A stretch of 64,000 bases of DNA from a virus: positions 32,001 to 96,000 of the IMG/VR virus record IMGVR_UViG_3300027659_000015, one strand, 5' to 3'. This document shows, one piece after another, positions 10,525 through 20,757 of this stretch (positions within the stretch are counted from its first letter, which is position 1; the number at the start of each line of letters is the position of its first letter). A model generated the notes under the pieces. That model made no database searches, was not told the origin of the DNA, and was given only the letters and a program-made list of their open reading frames with translations. The position numbers were made by a program, and so were the translations under genes.

Positions 10525-13500
10525 ATGGCAAATACAGTAACGATTATAAGTTATGCCAATACATTTGGTCAATGGATGGTTGCGACAGATGCTCTTATTG
10601 CAGAAAACAATACATTAGCAACAGGTGATTACACCAAAAATTCTGGTACAATTTTCCTCAGCGAAACAACAAAAAACGCACTGCAGTCAAACGGTAATAT
10701 CATCGTACAAAAACAACTCAGAGTACAAGGCTCAGGTTCATCCGCTTCTATTGATAATAATTTATCGGTTGATGGCCAAGTTTATTTTGGTAATACAACA
10801 TTAGGTTTAACTAATTCTGGCCAAGCCAACATCAATGGTCTTTTAATTGCTCAAGGACCAGGTACTGGGTTATATGTTTCCAATAGTGTATATATTGGTG
10901 GTAATACAACAATACAATATAATATATTAACAAATTCAATCCAATCCAATACATCAGTAAATACAAGAACAATTAGTGTCACAGGTAATACATATTCAAA
11001 TAATTTTATTGCAAATTCTTCTGCACAAATAAACAATTTAACTGTCGGTGGTTTAAGTAATTTAATTGGTACGACAAATGTTGGTGACATATATGTTTCC
11101 GGCACAGGTAATTTTAATACAACAATTAACGTTGATGATGGTATAATTGTTGCTGGTATTAATGTGGCACCACAGCTTACGGCAGCTTTTGTTAAAGCGA
11201 ATTCTGCTTATGAAGCACAAAATACTACAGGTTCATATGCAAACGGTGCTTACGGCCAAGCAAACTCAGCGGCTACATATGCCAATGGTGCTTTCCTTCA
11301 TGCTAATTCATCATTCAATTCTCAAAATACAACCGGTTCATATGCAAACGGTGCTTACGGCCAAGCAAATTCAGCAGCCTCATATGCTAACTCGGCCTTC
11401 ACAAATTCAAATTCTTCTTATTCACTCGCAAACAATATAGTCACAGGTACACAAAAATTAGATTGGGTGAGTGTAGGTAACACAACATTCACTTCTTCAT
11501 TACAGGCTAATACAACTGTTAATACTTCTAGTGTCTCTGTCACAAATAGAATAACAACAAAAGATATTACAGCAAATAATTCAATCACCTCACAAGGTTC
11601 TGTTGTATCCAATACCTTCACAGCGAATATTAGTGCTTCGATACCAACACTTACAATATCAACGAAACTTGATGGTAATGATGCAGCATTTTTTGCAAAC
11701 AGTTTATCTGTAGGTTCTGGTGGTTTAAGTATTAGTGGTAACTTTACTTTGACTGGTAGTACAATCTACGCTGCTAATACTTTCCAATTGAGTACTGGCG
11801 TTTCTGCTGGTATTTCTAGTTATATTTCAGTTGCTCGTGGTTCTTCTGGTCCAAATGCTGCATTCCGTTGGAATGAACCTTTGTTGTATTGGGAAACACT
11901 AGATGTAACAGGTAACATCTATTCACGTGTCATTACAGAAAACTATTTGGCTAATCAAACGGGTTCATATGCTAACTCAGCATTTGACAAAGCCAACTCT
12001 GCCTATGAATCACAGAATACGACAGGCACTTATGCCAACTCAGCATATACACAAGCAAATACCGCATTTAATAATGCAGCTGGTGCTTCTCTGTATGCTA
12101 ACGGTGCTTTCATTCAATCAAATGCAGCGTTCATTAAATCCAACTCTGCCTATGAATCACAGAATACGACAGGCACTTATGCCAACTCAGCATATACTCA
12201 GGCAAATACAGCAGTTAATAATGCAGTTGGTGCTTCTCTGTATGCTAACGGTGCATTTACACAATCTAATGCTGCTTTCATCAAAGCAAACTCAGCATAT
12301 GATTTAGCAAATACATTTGCCAATACTTTTGTTGGTACACAAGGTTCTGTTACACATTCTGGTGGTGTAATATCATTCTCAAGTAATAATGGTATAAAAA
12401 TTGTAGCTACAAGTGCAAACAATTTTGCTATTAGTTCACCACAAGACTTACAGACAGCAAATACACCAACATTTAATGGTTTAATCTTAACTAATGCTTT
12501 ACCGTTAAATCAAGGTGGTACAGGTGCAACATCATCTTCTGGAGCATTAACCAATATTTTACCAACGGGTGCAACAGCAGGTTATGTATTAACTACAGGT
12601 GGTCCAGGTAACTTTTATTGGTCCGCAAGTTCTGGTGGCGGCGGCGGTGGTGGTGTAACACCAGGTACTACAATCAACTCAACTCGTTTGTCATACACAG
12701 CTAATGGACAATCGGGTTATACAGGAAATTCTTTTGTTATACCAACCGCAACAACCGGTACACAAGTTCGTGCTTATATTAACGGTGTTAGACAATTTGA
12801 ATCTGAATATGCTTTAGATTTAAGTGCCAACACAATTGCATTTACAACAACACCACCAAGTGGTGATTCGATTCTTGTTGAAGTTGATGGATATTATGTA
12901 AATCCATATTACGCAAATAATATTACATTTACTGCACCCCAAGGTGACATTCCATCTTCTGCTAATACAATTCAATTAGCAATCAACGATCTTGAGAGTA
13001 GAAAAGCTGCATTGACTGGAGGTTCATTTACTGGCCGAGTCTTTGGTCTTACACCAAGTGTGGGTAATAATGACACAACTTTTGCTACAACAGCATTTGT
13101 TAAATCTTTATTGAATAATAGTAATACATTTACCTTAAATGCTGCAACCGTGACTAACGGTGTATACACTACATCAACTGGTGTTGTTACAAGTGCAATG
13201 ATGACAACAACTGGTATTTCTGCAGGTCAATATGGTACTACAACAGCTATACCACAATTTACAGTAGATACGGCCGGTAGAATTACTGCAATCGGTACAG
13301 TTGGTATTAGTATTCCTGCAGGAACGTCAATTTATGCTAACACAAATCAATTAGTCGCTAATGTCGCAACAGGAACAGTACAGATTGGTTTAGCAAATAC
13401 CAATACAAATATAGGAACTTTTGGTGGTGCAAGTACAGCAACAACTTTTGCTGTTGACGGTTACGGTAGGATTACAAGTGTGGCCAACGTAGCAATAGCA

Positions 13501-14016
13501 ATTGCTTCTAGTGCTGTTTCTGGTTTAGCATCATCAGCTACGACAGATACAACAAATGCTGGTAACATTGGTTCTGGTACTTTGGCTGCAGCAAGGCTTG
13601 GTACAACAATGCAACCACAACTTGGTACACTTGGTGTTGGTACTGCAGCACCAACGACAACTGGTCAAATCCGTGCTTCTGACAACATTACTGCTTTTTA
13701 CAGTTCAGATAAGAGATTGAAAGAGAACATACAAGATATTCCGGATGCATTATCTAAAGTTGGCTGTATTGGTGGTAAATTATTTGATTGGACAGATGAT
13801 TACGTATCAAAACATGGTGGCGCAGATGGTTACTTTGTACAAAAATCAGATTTTGGTGTTATTGCTCAGGATGTTCAACAAGTATTCCCTGTTGCTGTTC
13901 GCCAGAAACCAGATGGAACATTAGCAGTTGATTATGAAAAATTATGTGCTTTAGCATTTGCTGCTATTAAAGAACTCAAAGCTGAAGTTGATGCTCTAAA
14001 AGGAAATAATAAATGA
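10525..14016 (+). CDS. Tail fibre protein with ANxAF heptad repeats and C-terminal intramolecular chaperone (Peptidase S74-like)
   Basis: N-terminal ANTFGQWMVAT, heptad repeats, VDxxGR repeats, C-terminal SSDKRLKENI...GVIAQDVQQVFPVAV...VDYEKL...AIKELKAEVDALK autocleavage chaperone signature. Confidence 0.85.
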   Translation: MANTVTIISYANTFGQWMVATDALIAENNTLATGDYTKNSGTIFLSETTKNALQSNGNIIVQKQLRVQGSGSSASIDNNLSVDGQVYFGNTTLGLTNSGQANINGLLIAQGPGTGLYVSNSVYIGGNTTIQYNILTNSIQSNTSVNTRTISVTGNTYSNNFIANSSAQINNLTVGGLSNLIGTTNVGDIYVSGTGNFNTTINVDDGIIVAGINVAPQLTAAFVKANSAYEAQNTTGSYANGAYGQANSAATYANGAFLHANSSFNSQNTTGSYANGAYGQANSAASYANSAFTNSNSSYSLANNIVTGTQKLDWVSVGNTTFTSSLQANTTVNTSSVSVTNRITTKDITANNSITSQGSVVSNTFTANISASIPTLTISTKLDGNDAAFFANSLSVGSGGLSISGNFTLTGSTIYAANTFQLSTGVSAGISSYISVARGSSGPNAAFRWNEPLLYWETLDVTGNIYSRVITENYLANQTGSYANSAFDKANSAYESQNTTGTYANSAYTQANTAFNNAAGASLYANGAFIQSNAAFIKSNSAYESQNTTGTYANSAYTQANTAVNNAVGASLYANGAFTQSNAAFIKANSAYDLANTFANTFVGTQGSVTHSGGVISFSSNNGIKIVATSANNFAISSPQDLQTANTPTFNGLILTNALPLNQGGTGATSSSGALTNILPTGATAGYVLTTGGPGNFYWSASSGGGGGGGVTPGTTINSTRLSYTANGQSGYTGNSFVIPTATTGTQVRAYINGVRQFESEYALDLSANTIAFTTTPPSGDSILVEVDGYYVNPYYANNITFTAPQGDIPSSANTIQLAINDLESRKAALTGGSFTGRVFGLTPSVGNNDTTFATTAFVKSLLNNSNTFTLNAATVTNGVYTTSTGVVTSAMMTTTGISAGQYGTTTAIPQFTVDTAGRITAIGTVGISIPAGTSIYANTNQLVANVATGTVQIGLANTNTNIGTFGGASTATTFAVDGYGRITSVANVAIAIASSAVSGLASSATTDTTNAGNIGSGTLAAARLGTTMQPQLGTLGVGTAAPTTTGQIRASDNITAFYSSDKRLKENIQDIPDALSKVGCIGGKLFDWTDDYVSKHGGADGYFVQKSDFGVIAQDVQQVFPVAVRQKPDGTLAVDYEKLCALAFAAIKELKAEVDALKGNNK

Positions 14017-14909
14017 CAACAAAAGTTAGTTCATCCACGTTAGCTAATACGGCGGTTACGGCCGGCACATATGGTGGTTCAATTCAGGTTCCTGTTATTA
14101 CCGTTGATCCACAAGGTAGATTAACTTCTGCAGCCAATCTTATCATCACACAAACTGCTGTATATGCAAACTCAGGTCAAATCAACGCAAATACCGCAAC
14201 AGGTGTTGTACAAATTGGTTTACCAACACAATCTGTTAATCCAGCAATATCTTATGGTTCAGGTACACAGACACCAATCATTCAAGTTGACCAATATGGT
14301 AGAATTGTTGGTATTTCAACCACATTGATTACTGGTGGTTCAGCAGGTATTGGTGCTACATCTTTTGTGAGAACAACATTTACCGCAACTTCGACACAAA
14401 CAGTTTTTTCTGCAAATTACACAGTAGGTTATTTACAAGTCTTTGTCAATGGTGTTTTACTTGGAACTTCTGATTATACTGCATCAAACGGAACATCTAT
14501 TACTTTAGGTGTGGCATGTATCGGAGGTGAAATAGTTGAAGTTATTGCTTATACCGTTACATTAGTTAATAATCTTTCTCCATCATATACTGGTGGACAA
14601 GGTGGTTCGGCTGGTCAAATATTATATCAGTCAGCAGCAAATACTACATCAAATACAGACGTTGGTACAACTGGTTATTTGTTAACAAGTGCTGGTTCAG
14701 GTAAACCAACATGGACAGCTCCATCCGCTTTAACAGTTAGTGCAGCTACTTCAGCCACTTCTGCTGGATCACTTTCAACTGGACTATGGTCTGTGGCAAA
14801 CACATCTAATAAATTGGTTTTCTCATATAATAGTGTGGCCGTTTTCTCAGTTGATTCATCTGGTAACATGATTGCCAAAGGTGATATAACTGGCTTTGGC
14901 ACTCCTTAA
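14013..14909 (+). CDS. Tail fibre subunit (VDxxGR repeats plus small beta-sandwich domain)
   Basis: ATGA overlap with upstream gene; VDPQGR/VDQYGR repeats; TFTATSTQTVF...VFVNGVLL...VEVIAY domain; Thr/Ser/Gly-rich. Confidence 0.7.
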   Translation: MTTKVSSSTLANTAVTAGTYGGSIQVPVITVDPQGRLTSAANLIITQTAVYANSGQINANTATGVVQIGLPTQSVNPAISYGSGTQTPIIQVDQYGRIVGISTTLITGGSAGIGATSFVRTTFTATSTQTVFSANYTVGYLQVFVNGVLLGTSDYTASNGTSITLGVACIGGEIVEVIAYTVTLVNNLSPSYTGGQGGSAGQILYQSAANTTSNTDVGTTGYLLTSAGSGKPTWTAPSALTVSAATSATSAGSLSTGLWSVANTSNKLVFSYNSVAVFSVDSSGNMIAKGDITGFGTP

Positions 14910-14919
14910 GGATAATTAA

Positions 14920-15327
14920 ATGACTATCGCACGTACTTTAGGCAACTTCGCAAACGTAGTTTTAGCGAATACTGCTATTGTTTCATCAAATCCAATCACA
15001 GCGTCATCACTCACAGATTCTAAAGGTGGTGTAAGAGCTTTACCAGTAAACACACAAAGTGGTGTTTACACATTAACTTCAGCTGATGTTGGTAAAATGG
15101 TAAGCACAACAGCAGGTGTTACTGTTCCAGTATCAACATTCGTTGCTGGTGATAATATCACTATTTACAACAATTCTGCATCTTCCATAACAATTACTTG
15201 TTCGGCAATTACAGTATATCGTGCTGGTATAACAACAGCATCTACATCTTTGGCACTTGGCGGTAGAGGTGTTTGTACATTCTTATTCTACGCAAGTGAT
15301 GCAGCGGTTGTGACAGGAACAGTCTAA
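14920..15327 (+). CDS. Small tail fibre connector protein
   Basis: 135 aa, AGGA SD upstream; YTLTSADVGK...GDNITIYN domain commonly seen in phage fibre collars. Confidence 0.6.
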   Translation: MTIARTLGNFANVVLANTAIVSSNPITASSLTDSKGGVRALPVNTQSGVYTLTSADVGKMVSTTAGVTVPVSTFVAGDNITIYNNSASSITITCSAITVYRAGITTASTSLALGGRGVCTFLFYASDAAVVTGTV

Positions 15328-16844
15328 TGTCATCAACAGCGGTTATGAGCAATCAAAGCTCAGCAGCTTTGATAAAATCAACATTCTGGCAAACAGGTAA
15401 TGTTAATAGATTAAACGACTGTTGTATTGATTCCGCAGGTAATGTTTACACACTTTATGAATGTAGAGAAATTCAAACCGATAATTCTTTTTGGAAATAT
15501 TCTTTACAAAAAACAAAATCTGATGGTACTGTCGCCTGGACAAAAATTTTGTATCAGGGTACTCAAAGTAATCAAATACAAAATAGTTATGTATTCATCA
15601 AAGCCATTGATAATGATTATTTGATTTTTGGTGGATCTTCATCGGCAGATGCATCATCAAAAGGTTATATTTCTAAAATAAATTCTTCTGATGGATCGGT
15701 TGCTCTGGCTAGAAATTTCACAAATACTGATGGTCGTGGGTACGGATTTCGAGGATGTCATATTGATTCATCAAAAGCTATATATTTAACTAGATATGAT
15801 TTGTATGGTTCTCCAATCATTTATAAACTCGATTATAATTGTAATTTAATATGGGCAAAATCATTACCGGTGGGTTTTTTTGATAGTGATGGTGCATCCA
15901 ATGAATATATTCCGATTGGTTTTTTTGGAAATTCTTTAGGCCAAACAGTGTGGTGTGGTAATTTTTATGGATATTTGGCGAGGAATGGATCTCCAGGAAA
16001 TAAGTACTGGAAACAATCAACTATGCTTTTTTCATTGGACAGTAATGGTAATCTTGTTTATTTGAAATTTGTAAAACCAATGCAGTTTTATTCTGGTTTT
16101 TTAGATGAATCTGGTGTTTCATACTACACCGGTTTGATGGGATATAATTATTATTCTAATGATAGCACCACTAGCAGTTATAATACCCTTAATAATAGAT
16201 ATAAAGGATTTTTAAAATTAGATGCGGCAGGAAACGTATCTTTTTATAAAACATCAATAAGCAACGATACTTCAGCGCAAAACACTTATGACGTAAGTTT
16301 GATTAACGACAAACAAGGTAATATTTACAGAATTAGTATTACACCTGATGGTTATGCAAAACCATATCTATGGATTAACAAATTTGATAGTTCCGGAAAT
16401 CTTATTTGGGGCAATTATTTAAAATTTAGTACAACTTGGCCAAACACAACAGGTGTTGGTATATGGGATAATAATGATGGCGGAACCACAACAAAAAGCG
16501 GCTTGACGCCGTGTTGGATAGAAAATAATAAATTAATCATTCCACTTACTGTTTATGCAACTGCTGCAACAACTGATACTTCCAGAAAATGGATGATACA
16601 CGTTAAACTACCAACAGATGGTTCAAAGTTGGGTTCGTATATACCAGCAACATATTTGACGATGGATTACTTAGCTCAAGATGTATCAAATAAGACTTGG
16701 GATTATTATGCAAACTCATCACCTGTAATGTCAGCAAATACACCAGGCTTGGTTACACTCTCAGATACAATAAGTGCATCACCTACAACTTATACTGTGG
16801 CAGATACAACTATATCAATTACAAATTATAAGGTGCCATTTTAA
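15327..16844 (+). CDS. Putative beta-propeller receptor-binding tip protein
   Basis: TAATG coupling; repeated (K)xDSxGNxxW/Y blades (IDSAGNVY, LDSNGNLVY, LDAAGNVSF, FDSSGNLIW); aromatic-rich. Confidence 0.6.
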   Translation: MSSTAVMSNQSSAALIKSTFWQTGNVNRLNDCCIDSAGNVYTLYECREIQTDNSFWKYSLQKTKSDGTVAWTKILYQGTQSNQIQNSYVFIKAIDNDYLIFGGSSSADASSKGYISKINSSDGSVALARNFTNTDGRGYGFRGCHIDSSKAIYLTRYDLYGSPIIYKLDYNCNLIWAKSLPVGFFDSDGASNEYIPIGFFGNSLGQTVWCGNFYGYLARNGSPGNKYWKQSTMLFSLDSNGNLVYLKFVKPMQFYSGFLDESGVSYYTGLMGYNYYSNDSTTSSYNTLNNRYKGFLKLDAAGNVSFYKTSISNDTSAQNTYDVSLINDKQGNIYRISITPDGYAKPYLWINKFDSSGNLIWGNYLKFSTTWPNTTGVGIWDNNDGGTTTKSGLTPCWIENNKLIIPLTVYATAATTDTSRKWMIHVKLPTDGSKLGSYIPATYLTMDYLAQDVSNKTWDYYANSSPVMSANTPGLVTLSDTISASPTTYTVADTTISITNYKVPF

Positions 16845-16922
16845 AATTTCGAATTTTTGCGTTCCGGCTCAAGAATTTTCTCCGACAGTTTCGGGATTCC
16901 AAAAAGTGAATCCACTCCTAGA

Positions 16923-16929
16923 CTAAATA
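16923..16929 (+). promoter_or_regulatory. Late promoter CTAAATA for the second fibre operon
   Basis: TAAATA core 25 nt upstream of ORF 16955. Similar cores at 2634, 18040, 21237, 21855, 30993, 36291, 40435, 50940, 55955 and 57407. Confidence 0.7.
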
Positions 16930-16954
16930 TAAGTATAATAATAAGAAGACTACT

Positions 16955-17296
16955 ATGCCAGCAGGTTACCAAGAATTATTTTTAGAACAAGGTTCGGAGT
17001 TCAACACATCCGTGACACTTGACAACGCCGATGGTTCACCTTATAGCTTGGTGAATTGTCAGGTTAAGTCATCTATGAAGAAGTCTTATTATTCAACTAA
17101 TTCCACGACAGAACTCACAGTTGACCTTAATAATCCATCACAAGGTATAATAATTTTAAGTTTAACATATAAACAAACAGCAAATATTGCTGCGGGTAGA
17201 TATGTATATGATGTTGCTGTTAAGGATTCTTCGAATACAGTATCCAGAGTTTTGGAAGGTATTGTAAACGTATCACCTAGAGTTACCGTATTTTAA
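16955..17296 (+). CDS. Conserved virion protein (Ig/BppU-like fibre anchor)
   Basis: LEQGSEF...GRYVYDV...RVLEGIVNVSPRVT pattern recurrent in T4-like aquatic phages; TAAATA late promoter upstream. Confidence 0.65.
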   Translation: MPAGYQELFLEQGSEFNTSVTLDNADGSPYSLVNCQVKSSMKKSYYSTNSTTELTVDLNNPSQGIIILSLTYKQTANIAAGRYVYDVAVKDSSNTVSRVLEGIVNVSPRVTVF

Positions 17297-17304
17297 GGTA
17301 GAAC

Positions 17305-17844
17305 ATGCCAACAGTAACAGTCAGACAACCAGCATCTGTCCGAGTAAAAATAGGTACATCTGCAAGACCAGAAACAGTACAAACAATTTCTTATGGTACA
17401 AAGACTTTAAGGAGTCTGAACGACCTAGGAATAACGGGTGCAAATACTGGTGATGTAATTGTGTATAATGCACAAACTGAAACTTTTAATGTCAGGCCTC
17501 TTGGTACTTCAACTCCAGTAACAGGTAATTTGTTACCATCACAACATCTAGAATATGATTTAGGATCACCAACACAGAGGTTCCGAAGTTTATATATTGG
17601 TTCAAACACAATTGATTTGGGTGGAACTATACTTAAAACTGATGCCAACACAGGTTCATTGGCCATTGCTGCTGCACCTACAGATAGATATCCAAATCCT
17701 GTAGCAATTTTGATAACACCACAAGGTGGATTTTCACCTGTACAAACGGTAGGTGGTGAAATTCCTGTTGGAGCATTAGACGCAACTGTATCAAGGTCTA
17801 TTACCTATTTGGCTTTCACAGGTGCTGATTCCGGATTCTTTTAA
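17305..17844 (+). CDS. Fibre-associated structural protein ending in DSGFF
   Basis: LRSLNDL, GDVIVYN and GNLLP...YDLGSPTQRFRSLYI...TIDLGG fibre motifs; domain shared with ORF 36320. Confidence 0.65.
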   Translation: MPTVTVRQPASVRVKIGTSARPETVQTISYGTKTLRSLNDLGITGANTGDVIVYNAQTETFNVRPLGTSTPVTGNLLPSQHLEYDLGSPTQRFRSLYIGSNTIDLGGTILKTDANTGSLAIAAAPTDRYPNPVAILITPQGGFSPVQTVGGEIPVGALDATVSRSITYLAFTGADSGFF

Positions 17845-18042
17845 ATGGCTAATACACACATACAAATATTAAGGTCGTATGCAAATACAGCACCAGAAAC
17901 TTTATTAGATGGTGAATTAGCGTATTCTTTTGTTTCACAAACATTGTTTATTGGTAATGTTTCCAATAATGTTGTGGGAATTGCTGGTCCGGGTTACTTA
18001 GCGAACTCAATTAGCACAATTGACGGTGGCAGTTTTTCATAA
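17845..18042 (+). CDS. Minimal Mtd_N/hyaluronidase-N-like connector protein
   Basis: 65 aa: IQILRS...LLDGELAYSF...LFIG, ending IDGGSFS. Confidence 0.65.
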   Translation: MANTHIQILRSYANTAPETLLDGELAYSFVSQTLFIGNVSNNVVGIAGPGYLANSISTIDGGSFS

Positions 18043-18087
18043 ATAGATAATAGGATTAAATCCAAACCAATAACAAGGATAATAATA

Positions 18088-20013
18088 ATGGCAAATACCT
18101 CAATCTTAATCAAACGTTCCACTACGTTAGGCAGACCAGTAAGCCTACAAGCTGGTGAGTTAGCGTACTCATACGCATCGAATACTATTTTTATTGGTTC
18201 ACCTGACGGTAATGGTGTTGTCAATGTTGGTGGTCAATACTACACCTCACAAATTGATGCAGCTACCAGTTCAAATACCGTAAGCACCATAGTTAAACGT
18301 GACGCAGCTGGTAACGTTTTCTTAGGCCACGCAAACGTCAGAAGTATTAGTTTCTCTGATGGTGGTGTATTAAGTAATACTTCTTTCTCAGGCAACGCAA
18401 ACTCAGCAACGCAATTCCAAACAGATAGATATATTAATGTTACTGGTGGTGACATTACTGCTTCTGCACAGTTGTTTAATGGTACTGCAAATGCAACATT
18501 AAGTGCTTCACTTAATACGATTGACGGTCTAACTGCTGGTGTCTATGGTGGTACAACAGTAATACCTATCATCCAAGTGTCTGCAAACGGTCGTGTTATG
18601 ACCATTGCCAACTCGGCAACTATCTCAACATCTTTGGGTATTGCTGGTGACACTGGTACCGATACTGTTTCACTCGCTACCGATACATTGACAATCACTG
18701 GTGGTGCAGGTCTTACATCAACCGTAACAAACAATCAAGTTTCTATTGATGTAGACAATACAGTTGTTCGTGCAAATACTGCATCATTGAATCAAACGAT
18801 TGATGGTAATATTACCATCAGCGGTAATCTTTCTGTCTTGGGTGATGTTACAAAATATGATGTAACAACAATGACAGTTGAAGATTCATTGATTGGTCTT
18901 GCAGCAAACAATTCAGGTGATGCAGTCGATATTGGTTTCGTTGGTTCATATAATGATGGTACGGCTCGTTCTGCTGGTTTGATTCGTCATGCTGGTGATG
19001 GTGCATACTATCTGTTTGATAATTATACAGGCGATCCAACAAGTAACGTAATTAACGTTTCATCTGGAACCTTCCGTCAAGCAAACTTGAGGTCAAACTT
19101 AGTTGCTGCATGGGCAAACACAACAGTATTACAAGTTGGTACATTAACAGTTGCCGGTTCGACAAACATCAAATCATTGTCATTAACTGATGCATTAACT
19201 GTTCCTAGTGGCGGTACTGGTGCAACTACATTCACCTCTGGTTCTATACTTGTTGGTGATGGTACAAGCTCATTAAAATTACTTGCAAATACAAACTTTG
19301 TTAAAACGGAAAGTGGTCCAACAACAGGCACACAAAATAATACTATCACATCTGTAACAGTAGATGCGTATGGTAGATTCACTGCTGCTACGTTCAATCA
19401 AATTTCTGGTCTAACAGTTGGCCAAGGCGGTACAGGTAAATCTACTTTTGCTGCTGGAAAAGTTGTTATTGGTAATGGCACAGGTGCTCTAGTAGAACTT
19501 GCAAATGTTACTTATGGATTGACTGGTACATTAGGTCAAGCTAAAACAATCACATCGTTAACAGTTGATGATTATGGCCGTGTAAGTGCAGCAACAGCAG
19601 AAGACATTTCTGGATTGACTGTTACACAAGGCGGTACTGGTGTAAACACATTCTCTTCTGGTAGAATGTTGATTGGTAATGGTTCTGGTGCAATTCAAAC
19701 AATTGCTAATGTTACTTACGCATTAACTGGTACACTAGGTGCTTCTAAGACAATCACAGCATTGACGGTTGATGCATACGGTCGTGTAAGTGCAGCTACT
19801 GCTTCAGATATTTCTGGATTGACTGTTACACAAGGCGGTACTGGTGCTTCTACATTTACCTCAAAAGGTATCGTATACGGTGATGGTACAAATGCTATGG
19901 CAGTTACTGCTGCAGCAGGTACGGCTGACCAAGCATGGTCTAACCAGATTCTTACAACAACTAATGCAGGTGTTCCTGTATGGACATCCTCTTTGGATGG
20001 AGGTCAATTCTAA
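18088..20013 (+). CDS. Tail fibre protein with Mtd_N-like N-terminus and ~68-aa VDxYGR/GGTG repeats
   Basis: ILIKRS...GELAYSY N-terminus; three ITSxTVDxYGR...SGLTVxQGGTG repeats; ends LDGGQF; AAGGA SD. Confidence 0.75.
   Translation: MANTSILIKRSTTLGRPVSLQAGELAYSYASNTIFIGSPDGNGVVNVGGQYYTSQIDAATSSNTVSTIVKRDAAGNVFLGHANVRSISFSDGGVLSNTSFSGNANSATQFQTDRYINVTGGDITASAQLFNGTANATLSASLNTIDGLTAGVYGGTTVIPIIQVSANGRVMTIANSATISTSLGIAGDTGTDTVSLATDTLTITGGAGLTSTVTNNQVSIDVDNTVVRANTASLNQTIDGNITISGNLSVLGDVTKYDVTTMTVEDSLIGLAANNSGDAVDIGFVGSYNDGTARSAGLIRHAGDGAYYLFDNYTGDPTSNVINVSSGTFRQANLRSNLVAAWANTTVLQVGTLTVAGSTNIKSLSLTDALTVPSGGTGATTFTSGSILVGDGTSSLKLLANTNFVKTESGPTTGTQNNTITSVTVDAYGRFTAATFNQISGLTVGQGGTGKSTFAAGKVVIGNGTGALVELANVTYGLTGTLGQAKTITSLTVDDYGRVSAATAEDISGLTVTQGGTGVNTFSSGRMLIGNGSGAIQTIANVTYALTGTLGASKTITALTVDAYGRVSAATASDISGLTVTQGGTGASTFTSKGIVYGDGTNAMAVTAAAGTADQAWSNQILTTTNAGVPVWTSSLDGGQF
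19606..19846 (+). repeat. 204-bp-period intragenic direct repeat (37-bp identical core)
   Basis: ATTTCTGGATTGACTGTTACACAAGGCGGTACTGGTG at 19606-19642 and 19810-19846. Confidence 0.85.
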
Positions 20014-20060
20014 GCTGACTATATAATGTAAATGTATTTTCTATATAATAGGAGTTTGAA

Positions 20061-20753
20061 ATGGGAAATGATAAGTATTTAAATCATTATGTTGAGATAT
20101 TGACCAGTACAATGACTGATTGTGTTGTTCGAAATGTCTCAATGCAAGCGAATGCTAAAATAACTGATGAGGTTGTAAAAGAACAGACTGAACAGATTGT
20201 TGAGTTGGTAAAGTTAAATGATGAACTAAAAGAAACAGTTCAACAATTAAAACAAACCAATTCTACAAATGAAAATAATGTCATAGAAGAGTTAAGGAAT
20301 AAGTTGGTTGAATCTGAAAGTCTTGTTACAAAACATAGACAAGAATATGAAGAATTGAACAACAAGTTTCGTGATTATGATAGTGTTAAGAATCAAGCAA
20401 TACACGTTGAAACTTTTAAAGGTGAATTGATTAGAGCCAGAGAAGAAACTAACCGAGTTCGAGTAGAACTTGAGAATGTAATCAACTCTACCAAGGCCGA
20501 AAATAATGGAAAAATTAATGGTATTACTGAACAGAATGAAAATTATGTTAAACAACTAATACAGTCACATGAAACCGAGAAAAGCAATCTAAACAATAAG
20601 ATTGCAGAATTGGTTGAAAAAATTGAATACTTACAACTACCTCCTGCCAAACGCAGAAAAATTGAAGAACAGCTTAATAAAGAAGTAGTATCAACGAACA
20701 TAATAAGTTTAGTTGATACTGAAAGTGTACTCAAGGATGGTGGAACGTTTTAA
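20061..20753 (+). CDS. Charged coiled-coil protein ending in DGGTF
   Basis: Glu/Lys/Asn-rich heptad sequence, AGGAG SD, composition unlike the flanking Thr/Ala/Gly-rich fibre genes. Confidence 0.75.
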   Translation: MGNDKYLNHYVEILTSTMTDCVVRNVSMQANAKITDEVVKEQTEQIVELVKLNDELKETVQQLKQTNSTNENNVIEELRNKLVESESLVTKHRQEYEELNNKFRDYDSVKNQAIHVETFKGELIRAREETNRVRVELENVINSTKAENNGKINGITEQNENYVKQLIQSHETEKSNLNNKIAELVEKIEYLQLPPAKRRKIEEQLNKEVVSTNIISLVDTESVLKDGGTF

Positions 20754-20757
20754 GTAA

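Noticed and set aside
20638-20660. PPAKRRK nuclear-localisation-like motif
   Set aside because: The context is a bacteriophage with SD sequences and sigma70/gp55 promoters; a short basic patch is not evidence of eukaryotic targeting
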